The translations under genes and the position numbers were made by a program. The notes below the pieces were generated by a model that was not told where the DNA came from, ran no database searches, and saw only the letters and a program-made list of their open reading frames with translations. Positions 1-9,125 of a DNA stretch of 64,000 nucleotides are shown here, piece after piece. This stretch comes from an uncultured Syntrophorhabdus sp. (lineage in GTDB: Bacteria; Desulfobacterota; BSN033; UBA1163), in contig CAYZFX010000003.1 of NCBI GenBank assembly GCA_964477935.1, forward strand, positions 48,577 to 112,576. The letters run 5' to 3'. Positions within the stretch are counted from its first letter, which is position 1, and each line of letters opens with the position of its first letter.

Positions 1-1416
1 GATATTCTCAAAAGCAGGTATAGGAATGGGAAACAGGTGAAAGTCTTCACCATCGGAAGAGCAGGAGAAAACCTGGTCAAGTTTGCTGGGATCGGAAATG
101 ACAAGGGACATTTTGCAGGACGAACCGGGATGGGCGCCTTGATGGGGTCAAAGAAACTGAAGGCCATCGTCGTGCGTGGAAGCGGGTCATGCGAGCCAGC
201 AATGGTTGAAGAATACAATGCCCTCAGACGGGCGCTGATCGCAAAAGTCAATGCCTCTGTGCCTGCACAGGCGCTGAGGCAGATGGGAACCGATTCCGGC
301 ATGGACCTCGGAATGATGACCAACGATGTCCCTATCAAGAATTGGGTCTCTCCTCAGGATTTTGACCTTTCGTCAAATCTTGGAGGCCCCACCCTTACCG
401 AAAAGTATCTTGTGAAGCCCCATGCCTGTTATGCCTGTCCCATCGCGTGCAAGCGGGTGGTCAGGGTAGTCGACGGCCCTTATCAGACAGAGCAGGGACC
501 CGGACCTGAGTATGAGACCTGCTGCACCTTTGGCACGATGATCCTGAACAAAGACTTGGCAGGTGTCATCAAGGCAAATGAGCTCTGTAACAGGGCAGGC
601 ATGGACACCCTCTCAGGAGGGGTGGCCATTGCCTTTGCCTACGAATGCTACGAAAAAGGGATCCTCTCAAAGCAAGATACCGATGGTCTGAAGCTTAAAT
701 GGGGTGAAATCGATCCGGCCCTCCAATTGATTGAGATGATTCAGGAGAGAAAAGGAATAGGCGCGGTTTTAGCCGAGGGAACCAGAGAGGCCGCAAGACG
801 CATCGGAAGGGGAGCGGAGGAGTTCTTGGTCGAGGTGAAGGGGCTTGAGGCGCCCATGCACGACCCGAGGGGATATCATGGAATGGGCCTGGGTTATGCG
901 GTTTCGACAAGGGGAGCGTGCCATCTCCAGCACATGACACTCTATATAGAGCAGGGAATGTCAGCTTTCCCTGAGGCAGGGTTAAAGGCAAGTTACAGAG
1001 GTCCCGTCAGTGAAGGAAAGGCTCAGATGTACTTGATTTCCGAAAATCTTGGCGTCCCCTGCAATTCGGCTTGCCTCTGTATCTTCGTCCTCGGATGTCT
1101 TTCTGCGACTGACTTTGCAGAGATGTTGAGGGTAACAACCGGACACAAAGCGTTCGATGTCCAGGAACTGTTGAAATCCGGCCAGCGAATCAATCTTCTT
1201 AAAAGGACAATCAATTTCATCCTCGGAATGAGGAGAAAGGATGACCGATTGCCCAAAAGAATATTGACCCCCCTTGCCCCCGGAGAAAGCGTGCCTGACA
1301 TTGATCTGATGTTAAAGGAGTATTATGCGCTTCGAGGCCTGGATGAAACAGGCCGTCCGAAAAAGGAAACCCTTGAGGCCGCTGGCTTAAAAGATTTAAT
1401 TCCAAAACTCTATTGA
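1..1416 (+). CDS. Aldehyde:ferredoxin oxidoreductase (tungsten AOR family), 5' partial. The reading frame is open from base 1.
   Basis: The frame runs from the window start to a stop at 1414-1416. The translation resembles AOR-family C-terminal domains (KPHACYACPIACKR, GPEYE, GMDT motifs). The upstream part of the gene lies outside the window. Confidence 0.7.
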   Translation, partial: DILKSRYRNGKQVKVFTIGRAGENLVKFAGIGNDKGHFAGRTGMGALMGSKKLKAIVVRGSGSCEPAMVEEYNALRRALIAKVNASVPAQALRQMGTDSGMDLGMMTNDVPIKNWVSPQDFDLSSNLGGPTLTEKYLVKPHACYACPIACKRVVRVVDGPYQTEQGPGPEYETCCTFGTMILNKDLAGVIKANELCNRAGMDTLSGGVAIAFAYECYEKGILSKQDTDGLKLKWGEIDPALQLIEMIQERKGIGAVLAEGTREAARRIGRGAEEFLVEVKGLEAPMHDPRGYHGMGLGYAVSTRGACHLQHMTLYIEQGMSAFPEAGLKASYRGPVSEGKAQMYLISENLGVPCNSACLCIFVLGCLSATDFAEMLRVTTGHKAFDVQELLKSGQRINLLKRTINFILGMRRKDDRLPKRILTPLAPGESVPDIDLMLKEYYALRGLDETGRPKKETLEAAGLKDLIPKLY

Positions 1417-1427
1417 GGAGGTGCGAG

Positions 1428-1850
1428 ATGGCATACAAGTTTCCAAGCGAGGAATGGATTCAGGAATATCAGAAAGCGATCAATACGAGTGATGCCTACA
1501 AACAATCAGGCTCCACCTGGACCGCGGGGCCTGTCTGTCTGGTCGTCACAGCAAACCCTTCCTTGGGCATCGAAAGAGATGTGGGGATCTGGCTGGGTCT
1601 CCATAAAGGAGTCTGCGAGGAAATTAAAATCGTCACTTCAGAAGAAGCCCAGAAAGCCCCTTTTGTCATCATGGGAGATTATGCAAGATGGAAACAGGTT
1701 GTCCTGGGTGAGCTCGATCCTGTGCAGGGAATGATGCAGGGTAAACTCAAATTGAAGGGCGATCTGCCCACCATCGTCCGCTACGTCAGGGCCTCGCAGG
1801 ATCTAGTTCAATGCGCTTCGAAAGTGGACACCCAGTTTATCGATGACTGA
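1428..1850 (+). CDS. SCP2 (sterol carrier protein 2) domain protein
   Basis: GGAGG at 1416-1422 precedes an ATG at 1428. The C-terminus carries the SCP2 signature GDYARW...GMMQGKLKLKGDLPTIVRY. It follows the AOR gene by 12 nt. Confidence 0.65.
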   Translation: MAYKFPSEEWIQEYQKAINTSDAYKQSGSTWTAGPVCLVVTANPSLGIERDVGIWLGLHKGVCEEIKIVTSEEAQKAPFVIMGDYARWKQVVLGELDPVQGMMQGKLKLKGDLPTIVRYVRASQDLVQCASKVDTQFIDD

Positions 1851-1872
1851 AACATGTTAGGGAGATCCTCCA

Positions 1873-3036
1873 ATGGACTACACGAAAACTCTCAATTTCG
1901 TTTTCAGGCTTCCGACGAAGATCGTGTTCGGACCCGGGGCGGCAAAGGAAATCGGAATGGAAGTGGATGAATTCAAGAGAACCAAGGCGCTGATCGTCAC
2001 CGACCGGGATCTCATAAAAACGGACCTTATTCAAGTTGTTCGAAATGCCTTGGGGTCAAGATGCGCGGGCGTCTTCTCTGACGTTACTCCGGATACAGGT
2101 GTGCATATTGTTAATGCCGGAGCCGAATATGGAAGAGCGGTTGGAGCAGACATATTGGTCAGTGTCGGAGGGGGAAGCACCATAGATACAGCAAAAGGGA
2201 TGGCAATCTGTCTGACAAAAGGCGGCAAGCTCGAAGACCACGTAGGCCTCAATTTCCTCGATGGCCCGATCATGCCCCACATTGCCATCCCCACAACGGC
2301 TGGAACCGGAAGCGAGGTCACTTACGCCGCAGTGATTAAAGATCACGAACAAAAAAGAAAGCTGTTATTTGCAGACAACTACCTCGTCCCCAATGTAGCC
2401 ATCCTCGACCCGAAGATGACGACTGGGATGCCAAAGAGACTAACAGCGGCTACGGGGATGGATGCCTTGAGCCACTGCATCGAAGCGCTTCATTCCATGC
2501 AGAGGGAACCCATCGCAGACGCCCTCGCCTTTCATGGAATAAGGATGATCAGAGAATTTCTTCCAAAGGCAGTCGAAGATGGGGAGGATCTCATCGCCAG
2601 AGGACAGATGCTCATTGCCGCCACCCTTGCAGGAGCCGCCTTTTCGAACTCCCAGCTGGGGATTGTTCATGCCCTTGCACACCCCGTTGGAGCAAAATTC
2701 GGTGTCCCTCATGGCGTGGCCAACAGCATCCTTTTACCGCATTGCATCCTCTACAATCTTGACGCCTGCCCGGATCTTTACGCCCGAATCGCTCAGGCCA
2801 TGGGAAAAGAAGTGAGAGGAATGGACTCCCTGAAGGCGGCGGAACAGGCTGCGGTCGCCATCTGGGAGTTTACTAAAGCCTTAGGCCTGCCCCAGTCTTT
2901 AAGAGAGATGGGTGTGGAAAGATCCATGCTCGCCGAGTGTGCCAATGATGCTCTAATGGACGGAACCATCGTCTATAACCCAAAGCCGATCTTCGATCCG
3001 GATGAGATTTTAAAAATCTACAAGAAAGCACTCTGA
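1873..3036 (+). CDS. Iron-containing alcohol dehydrogenase
   Basis: 387 aa with the Fe-ADH GGGSTIDTAKG motif and conserved His-rich metal-binding region (HALAHPVG...PHG). Confidence 0.85.
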   Translation: MDYTKTLNFVFRLPTKIVFGPGAAKEIGMEVDEFKRTKALIVTDRDLIKTDLIQVVRNALGSRCAGVFSDVTPDTGVHIVNAGAEYGRAVGADILVSVGGGSTIDTAKGMAICLTKGGKLEDHVGLNFLDGPIMPHIAIPTTAGTGSEVTYAAVIKDHEQKRKLLFADNYLVPNVAILDPKMTTGMPKRLTAATGMDALSHCIEALHSMQREPIADALAFHGIRMIREFLPKAVEDGEDLIARGQMLIAATLAGAAFSNSQLGIVHALAHPVGAKFGVPHGVANSILLPHCILYNLDACPDLYARIAQAMGKEVRGMDSLKAAEQAAVAIWEFTKALGLPQSLREMGVERSMLAECANDALMDGTIVYNPKPIFDPDEILKIYKKAL

Positions 3037-3045
3037 TTCAGCTCA

Positions 3046-3471
3046 ATGCCATCTATCACCCTTCTCCAAAACGCAACTGACAGCGGTCTTGCTGTCATGC
3101 TCTCAGAGCTGCTCCGGCAAAACCTCGATCAAAATTCCGAAAGAATAAAAATCTTCGACGCTTTGAAGGCCAGGGTAGTCATAGAAGCCCTCGACATTCA
3201 TACCGTTGTGGGGCTGGAATTTCAACAGGGGAAGCTTACGATCTCAGGAAATACCCCCTCTCCACCCGACCTCCATATCATTACGGATTCGGCAAATATA
3301 CTCGACCTCTGCCTCCTGAAGATCAAATTCGGTCTCCCATACTTTTTTGACGCCAATGGTTTTAAAGTTCTTAAAAAACTCACTACCCGACAACTCATCA
3401 TCAAAGGGTTGCTCCGCCACTTCCCCACCCTTGTTAAACTTACGAAGATTTTCTCCGTTATAAGAAACTGA
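3046..3471 (+). CDS. Hypothetical protein, possible SCP2-like lipid-binding fold
   Basis: 141 aa ORF 9 nt downstream of the ADH. It shows weak SCP2-like patterning (GLEFQQGKLTISG...ILDLCLLKIKFG). The call is tentative. Confidence 0.35.
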   Translation: MPSITLLQNATDSGLAVMLSELLRQNLDQNSERIKIFDALKARVVIEALDIHTVVGLEFQQGKLTISGNTPSPPDLHIITDSANILDLCLLKIKFGLPYFFDANGFKVLKKLTTRQLIIKGLLRHFPTLVKLTKIFSVIRN

Positions 3472-3574
3472 TCTTAAGTCCTTGGTGTCAAGCAACGGGA
3501 ACTAAGTATTGACTTCATCTGGGGGTGATTTTCCATCTGGAGTTACCCTGTTAGAAATTTGAGGTAGGCGTTGT

Positions 3575-4378
3575 TTATAACAAGTTAAATCTTTGATAAA
3601 TCTTTTCGGCAGGAAAAGTCGGCACAAACAGGGTGGGATAAATTAAAGGCAATGATTCGTCTTTTCCGATCACCAGATACCCTTTCTCCCTCAGGCTGTC
3701 GGCAATCTTTTTAAGGACGTTGATCTGACATTCTTTTGAGAAGTAAGTAAAGGCTAAATTCCGGCAAAAGACGATGTCCATTCCTAAAAGGGGGCCCTCT
3801 TCAAGGATATTGTGCTTTCTAAATTCCACACTCTCCCGGATCCTCCTGTCAAGGACGTATGAACCATTTTCGATAGCAAAATATCGTTTTAAGATGTACT
3901 CTGGAATCTCCCGGAGACTGCTCTTCTGATACCTCCCCTCTTCCGCTCTCCGAAGCATTTCCTCGTTGATGTCCGTGGCCAGGATGGAAAGACGAATCTC
4001 CGGATAATCCTTTGCAAATTTCTCTGTCCAGAGAAGTGAGATGCTGTAAGGTTCTTCGCCGCTGGCACATCCGATCGACCAGAGTTTCACTTCCCCTTTC
4101 TCTCTGCTTTTAAGAATCGATGGAAGGATGGAATGTTCGAGGGCACCGAAGACTTCTCTATCCCTGAAAAATCGTGAGATCGTGACCGTGAGGATCTTGG
4201 AGAGATGGCCCCTTTCTTCAGGATCCCTTTGAATCTTTAAGAGGTATTCATTGAAATGAGAAAACCCAACTTCGATGATCCTTCGCTCTATTTTTCGTTT
4301 GATCCCTCTCCTCTGGAAGGGCCGCCATTGAAGACCAAGAAGCGGTGCAACAACTTTGAGGAACTCATCAAAGGACAT
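3575..4378 (-). CDS. CheR-type protein-glutamate O-methyltransferase (SAM-dependent)
   Basis: 267 aa with the CheR signature TVTISRFFRD and a WSIGCASGEEPYS SAM-binding motif. It overlaps the ogt stop by 11 nt. Confidence 0.7.
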   Translation of the reverse strand: MSFDEFLKVVAPLLGLQWRPFQRRGIKRKIERRIIEVGFSHFNEYLLKIQRDPEERGHLSKILTVTISRFFRDREVFGALEHSILPSILKSREKGEVKLWSIGCASGEEPYSISLLWTEKFAKDYPEIRLSILATDINEEMLRRAEEGRYQKSSLREIPEYILKRYFAIENGSYVLDRRIRESVEFRKHNILEEGPLLGMDIVFCRNLAFTYFSKECQINVLKKIADSLREKGYLVIGKDESLPLIYPTLFVPTFPAEKIYQRFNLL

Positions 4379-4886
4379 GGGCCTTTTCGAAATCGAGAAG
4401 CTCTTTTTTCAACCGAAGTCCGTGGCCGAACCCACCCAAGCCACCATGGCTCTCGATCACCCTGTGGCAGGGGATGATCAGAGGGACGGGGTTTGCGCCA
4501 TTCGCATTTCCAACCGCTCGGAAGGCTCTTGGATGGCCGATCATCCGGGCAATCTCCTGATAGGAACGCGTCTCTCCATAAGGAATCCTCCTCAAGGCCA
4601 ACCAGACCTTCTTTTGAAAATGGGTTCCCTGCAGATCCAATTTGCAGTCAAAACGGTGGAGCTTGCCTTCGAGATACTTCTTCAGTTGAAAGAGGATGTT
4701 CTCGTTCTTTCGGTCATCATGCACAATCTCTCCTCGAAATCGCCTTTTCAACTCCTTTAAAAAACTTTTTTCAGGGGTTAAAAAATCCACCATGCAAACC
4801 CCCTTCTCGGTCGAAGCAACAAAGACCTTCTTTAACCATGGCGATTCAAACGAAGAATAATAGATTTTTCCCATCCTTTTCTCCAA
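4368..4886 (-). CDS. ogt: Methylated-DNA--protein-cysteine methyltransferase (Ogt/MGMT)
   Basis: 172 aa with the active-site PCHRV motif and helix-turn-helix (YGETRSYQEIA). Confidence 0.85.
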   Translation of the reverse strand: MEKRMGKIYYSSFESPWLKKVFVASTEKGVCMVDFLTPEKSFLKELKRRFRGEIVHDDRKNENILFQLKKYLEGKLHRFDCKLDLQGTHFQKKVWLALRRIPYGETRSYQEIARMIGHPRAFRAVGNANGANPVPLIIPCHRVIESHGGLGGFGHGLRLKKELLDFEKAHVL

Positions 4887-4901
4887 GTTATCTGTTTTAT
4901 T

Positions 4902-5945
4902 TTACTTCCAGTCTTCTGCCTTCTGGAATCTGTGTTGGGCGGCTTTGATCAGGCCCAATGGGCCGGTCATCATGGTGTTGCCGCCGGGAGCGGCAAACTT
5001 AAAGGGAAGGGAGGTTTCTTTAAAGAGGTCGCGGTTAGGGCCGGTGACCCATACGGAAACTTCTCCAGAAAAAGGAGTCAATGTGATCACTCCATGACCG
5101 TCATCCTCAAAAACCTCTTGCCTCGTCAATGCCCCTTGTGGGAAGCGGCGGAGGTGGTCCTCCAATTTTTTTGGAGTTAACCGGTGGGTATGGTGTTCGT
5201 AAAGCCCCTCAATCTTTCTGTTGATCAGAAGGGCAGCAATCGTATGGCCGTTCCCTGCATTAACAACCAGAGAGGGTTCCTTGATTTCATCCACGCATCC
5301 TAAAATAGCAGAAAAGGCCGTATCCATCACAAGGATAGGAGATAAGGAGGTCCTCCTCACTGCCTTTACGGCCGATTTCATCCGGAGATAACCATCCGGG
5401 ATGGAGGTCTCTGTGAAGTGAAACGACTCCGGCCGGTTATCTTTTTGCAACATCGCCTCCATCTGTTCAAAACGAAAGGTCCGATCGGAAACCTCTTTGG
5501 GGGCCACTCCGTGGTCCTGAACAGCGATGGCGATCACATCGAAGTTAAAATCCTCGCCGAATTGGTTGAGAAATCGCTGAAGGAGAGGAAGGTCAATTTC
5601 GCGGATCTCCAACTCTTGAAACCGGCCCGGACAGGGATTGGGCCCCACCTCGATGCCTATGGCCCGAACCTCCTCGATGTCATTCCGGATCGAATAGGCC
5701 GCAGATTCCTCCATCACCACCCGGTATCCCCTCTGAAGATGGCTTTGAATCGCCCTTCCAATCGATCCTCCGCCAATGGTATCCCCATAGAGATAGAGAT
5801 TCCCTTCGATCTTCCTGATCCTCTCGGCAAACACCTTCGAGGGGGTGGGCAGGACGAGGGTCGTGCAATTCTCGATCTTCTTGTTTGAATCGAAAAGGAG
5901 AATATCCTGTGTTCCTGCCCCGATATCGATGGCCAGAATTTTCAT
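4902..5945 (-). CDS. ASKHA-superfamily (actin/sugar-kinase/Hsp70-like) ATPase, DUF1786-like
   Basis: N-terminal phosphate-1 motif MKILAIDIGAGTQD and a later LVVNAGNGHT motif. The ORF track extends it to 6023, but the M at 5945 has a GGAGA Shine-Dalgarno while the 6023 ATG has none at usable spacing. Confidence 0.5.
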   Translation of the reverse strand: MKILAIDIGAGTQDILLFDSNKKIENCTTLVLPTPSKVFAERIRKIEGNLYLYGDTIGGGSIGRAIQSHLQRGYRVVMEESAAYSIRNDIEEVRAIGIEVGPNPCPGRFQELEIREIDLPLLQRFLNQFGEDFNFDVIAIAVQDHGVAPKEVSDRTFRFEQMEAMLQKDNRPESFHFTETSIPDGYLRMKSAVKAVRRTSLSPILVMDTAFSAILGCVDEIKEPSLVVNAGNGHTIAALLINRKIEGLYEHHTHRLTPKKLEDHLRRFPQGALTRQEVFEDDGHGVITLTPFSGEVSVWVTGPNRDLFKETSLPFKFAAPGGNTMMTGPLGLIKAAQHRFQKAEDWK

Positions 5946-6038
5946 CCCATCTCCAGGATCCGGAGTTTTAAGTTCAGTCTCTCCTTTTTCAGAAATATGT
6001 TCATCTCCATACTTCGAACTCATCCCTCCAAAGGCTCA

Positions 6039-7490
6039 TCACCCTTTGATCACCCCCATGGGCACCAGTTTGACCACTTTAAGGCTGATGCCTGCCTGGT
6101 GGACTACATTGACCACATCATTTACATCTTTATAGGCCTCTGGAATCTCTTCCTGGATCGTCCCTTTGCTGGCACCCATCACAATGATCCCCTTATCTTC
6201 CATCTCTCTCACGAGCGCCCTGCCCTTGGCCGCCTTGATGGCTTGGTGGCGACTCAACACCCTTCCGGCTCCATGGCAAGTTGACCCAAACGTCTCCTCC
6301 ATCGCCCTCTCCGTTCCGACCAGGACGTAAGAACATCGACCCATGTCGCCTGGGATGAGGACAGGCTGCCCGACCGTTTGGTAACCTCTTGGGATGTCCC
6401 GGTGATGAGGTGGAAAGGCCCGGGTCGCTCCTTTCCGATGAACACAAACTCTCCTTTCTTCTCCATTGACCGAATGGGTCTCAATCTTAGCAATATTATG
6501 GCAGACGTCATAGACCAGACTGAGGCCGACGTCCCGCGGACCCCTCTGGAAGACCTGTTCAAAGGTCTCCCTCACCCAGTGGGAGATCATCTGCCGGTTG
6601 GCAAAGGCATAATTGGCGGCACATGCCATCGCTTGAAGATATCGCTCCCCTTCCGGCGAGGTGACAGGAGCGCAGCAGAGCTGAGGATCGGGTAGCTCGA
6701 TGCCGTACTTTTTCGCTGCATTCATCATCACCCGGATATAATCGTCACAGACCTGATGTCCTAAACCCCTTGAGCCGGTATGGACGAGAATGGTCACTTG
6801 GTCCTTCCATAATCCAAAGGTTTGTGCAACCCGTTCATCGAAGACCTCCGCCACATATCCCACCTCTACAAAGTGATTTCCGGACCCGACGGTCCCCAAT
6901 TGGGCCTTTCCCCTTTCCAAGGCCTTTTCAGAGATCTGATCTGGGTCGGCCCCTTCGATACAGCCCGACTCCTCGATGTGTTCGAGATCCTCTACCGTTC
7001 CAAAACCCCTTTCAACCGCCCATCTGGCCCCCTTTTTGAAGACCTGTCTCTCTTCATCCTTACTCAATCTGAGATCCTTCCGATGGGAACCTACGCCCGA
7101 AGGGATGTTGTGAAAGAGGGCTCCTACCAGCTCTTTCATCCTGCCCTCGATCTCCTTGCGGCTCAGACCTGAGCGCATCAGCCTGACCCCTCAGTTGATA
7201 TCATATCCGACCCCTCCGGGCGAAACGATGCCCTCATTCAGATCGAAAGCCGCCACCCCGCCGATGGGAAAACCGTACCCCCAGTGGATATCTGGCATGG
7301 CCAGAGAGGGACCGACGATTCCTGGTAGCCAGGCGACATGGGCGACCTGAGAGAGGCTCTGATCCTTGCGGATATCCTCCAGCATCCTTTCGTCCGCATA
7401 GACGATCCCATCGGTCCTCATCTTCCCCTCCTGTGGAATCCTCCACCGGTAGTCGTCGACCTTCTGGATTTTGATCTTCTCATCACCCAT
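6039..7490 (-). CDS. rtcB: RNA-splicing ligase RtcB, read through one in-frame TGA (7191-7193) as a putative selenocysteine
   Basis: ORFs 7191..7490 (RtcB N-terminus, [13 protein letters not shown]...GGVGYDIN) and 6039..7178 (RtcB C-terminus, [18 protein letters not shown]) are in the same frame. They are separated only by a TGA aligned with the conserved metal-ligand Cys of DINCGVRL. A GGUC-loop hairpin follows at 7157-7177. Confidence 0.75.
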
Positions 7491-7510
7491 CGTCTCTCAC
7501 CCCTTTCCTT

Positions 7511-7969
7511 TCAGAGATCCAGGATTACCCTGGCCTTCCATTCTCCATCCCTTTGTTTGACCTCGATCTGATGGTAGGTGACCGCCTTCACCACGGTTTT
7601 GATCTCGTGGATCTCCTCCTGAAAGAACTCTCCCTTAACGACCGCCCGCAGACCCTCCCCACCCACGGATTGAATGTCAAATCGATTGAAGAGGAGGGTT
7701 TCAACCTCATGGAGATAGAGGAGTTCGTTCAACCACTCGACCATCAATCGTTCCAGAGGCGCGGGAGGAAGCTCGATCAACCGCTCCTCTCTGGGCCTGA
7801 CCTTCTTAATATCGGTGATCAGGCTGAAGAAGGCCTCTCCCGCATTCTCAAAGAGGGTTTTAAGATCCTTCCCGTAAATGATCAATCCGATATCGGCCGT
7901 GTGATCGAGGATCTCAAAATGCCTCCCCTCCCTCCCAGTTCTAGCCCCTGAATGTGACGGTGATGCCAA
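7511..7969 (-). CDS. Archease (RtcB activator)
   Basis: 152 aa with the archease motif FEILDHTADIG. It sits 20 nt upstream of rtcB on the same strand. Confidence 0.8.
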   Translation of the reverse strand: MASPSHSGARTGREGRHFEILDHTADIGLIIYGKDLKTLFENAGEAFFSLITDIKKVRPREERLIELPPAPLERLMVEWLNELLYLHEVETLLFNRFDIQSVGGEGLRAVVKGEFFQEEIHEIKTVVKAVTYHQIEVKQRDGEWKARVILDL

Positions 7970-7972
7970 TGC

Positions 7973-8398
7973 TTAACCTGTTCTCTTCCTTTCAACCCTT
8001 GAAAGGAAAGACTCTTTCGAAACTAAGACCCTCTCATGCTCGCCTTCAGCCACCTTCTCCTTCTCATCATAGGCGTCCACCAGAAAGAAGAGCCGGTTAC
8101 CCTGGACCTCTTTCAGTAGGGCATGACTGACCACCCTCATCCCGGGAGGGGTGGGAGCCAGATGTCTCATCCTGATCCAGGTTCCGAGGCTCAACCGGTC
8201 TGGAGGAAGGACTTCCTGAATGGCTCGAATCGCCGCCTCCTCCAGAAGCTGAATCAATCTTGGGGTCGAGAGGACGTGGAGCGGAAGATCCCCTATGTGG
8301 CTGACCAGATCCTCCTCTTTCACGATCATCTCGGCTTTTCCAGTCAATCCTGGCACCATCACGATGTACTCCTTTTCGCCCCAGGGTTTATGAGACAT
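7973..8398 (-). CDS. Hotdog-fold thioesterase family protein
   Basis: 141 aa with pattern resembling small acyl-CoA thioesterases. It lies 3 nt from the archease start. Confidence 0.5.
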   Translation of the reverse strand: MSHKPWGEKEYIVMVPGLTGKAEMIVKEEDLVSHIGDLPLHVLSTPRLIQLLEEAAIRAIQEVLPPDRLSLGTWIRMRHLAPTPPGMRVVSHALLKEVQGNRLFFLVDAYDEKEKVAEGEHERVLVSKESFLSRVERKRTG

Positions 8399-8414
8399 CC
8401 CTCCGATTTTACCG

Positions 8415-8864
8415 TCAGAATTCGGTCAGGACCTCGCTGTCATAGATCTTTTCCAGCCTTTCCTTATGGGTTGACTCTTCCTGGGCAAGGAACAGCAACA
8501 GTTTTTTCATGTCCGAATCCGTAACCAGCTGTGCAGTGGATTCATAAAGCCTCTGGGATTTCTCCTCGTTCTTGATCGCCGCCCTCAGTAGCTCCCCGTA
8601 GGTCAATCCCGGACCGAAGGGGATGTCCTCAATGATTTCGCTGATCCCCAGACCCTTCGTCTCCCTCACCTCTACCTGACCGACCTGGCTGAGGTCCAAT
8701 TGTTCAAGCCTCCGACGATGGCCCTCCTCTTCCTTGGCCAGTTCCTCGAAGAATTTCTTCACCCCGGGTCTGGATTGATCGGCAGCGATCCTGTAAGTGG
8801 CTGCCGCATCGGCTTCCTTTCGAATCGCAAACCTCAAAATCTCTTCCACGCTATTCAGTCTCAT
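8415..8864 (-). CDS. Ferritin-like / rubrerythrin-family diiron protein
   Basis: 149 aa with two E-x-x-H motifs (EEEGHRRRLEQ and EESTHKERLEK) typical of ferritin-like diiron centres. Confidence 0.55.
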   Translation of the reverse strand: MRLNSVEEILRFAIRKEADAAATYRIAADQSRPGVKKFFEELAKEEEGHRRRLEQLDLSQVGQVEVRETKGLGISEIIEDIPFGPGLTYGELLRAAIKNEEKSQRLYESTAQLVTDSDMKKLLLFLAQEESTHKERLEKIYDSEVLTEF

Positions 8865-9099
8865 CCTCTCCCTCCTTCTGAAATGATCGCTTCACCTCTG
8901 CAATCAACTTCGCCGCATCTTCGCGCCACCCCTCCGGAACCATCACCCTTGCCCATCCCTTCTGGGGGAGATAAAGTCCATCATAGGCCGTATCGAGAAA
9001 GGGACGGATCAAATACGGGATCGCCGCTTCTCTTAGGGCCTGCACGATCCGATCCCCTTCAAAACGGTGATTTATCACCCCTGCCTCCAACCAGCGCAC
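8851..9099 (-). CDS. Small DUF2007-like (PII-like putative signal-transducing) protein. GTG start.
   Basis: 82 aa ORF that overlaps the next gene by 14 nt. GGAGG lies 7 nt upstream of the GTG. It is the first gene of a tight eight-gene minus-strand cluster. Confidence 0.4.
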   Translation of the reverse strand: MRWLEAGVINHRFEGDRIVQALREAAIPYLIRPFLDTAYDGLYLPQKGWARVMVPEGWREDAAKLIAEVKRSFQKEGEDETE

Positions 9100-9125
9100 C
9101 CTCTTTCCTCCACCCTTTTTATAAT

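Noticed and set aside
7191-7193. TGA in rtcB as evidence for an alternative genetic code (UGA=Trp or Gly) or as a simple nonsense mutation
   Set aside because: All other roughly 70 genes in the window are intact with standard stops, and TGA is used as a normal stop elsewhere, so a reassigned code is unlikely. A pseudogene is unlikely because both halves are perfectly conserved and in frame, and the codon aligns with a catalytic Cys. A sequencing error cannot be excluded from sequence alone.
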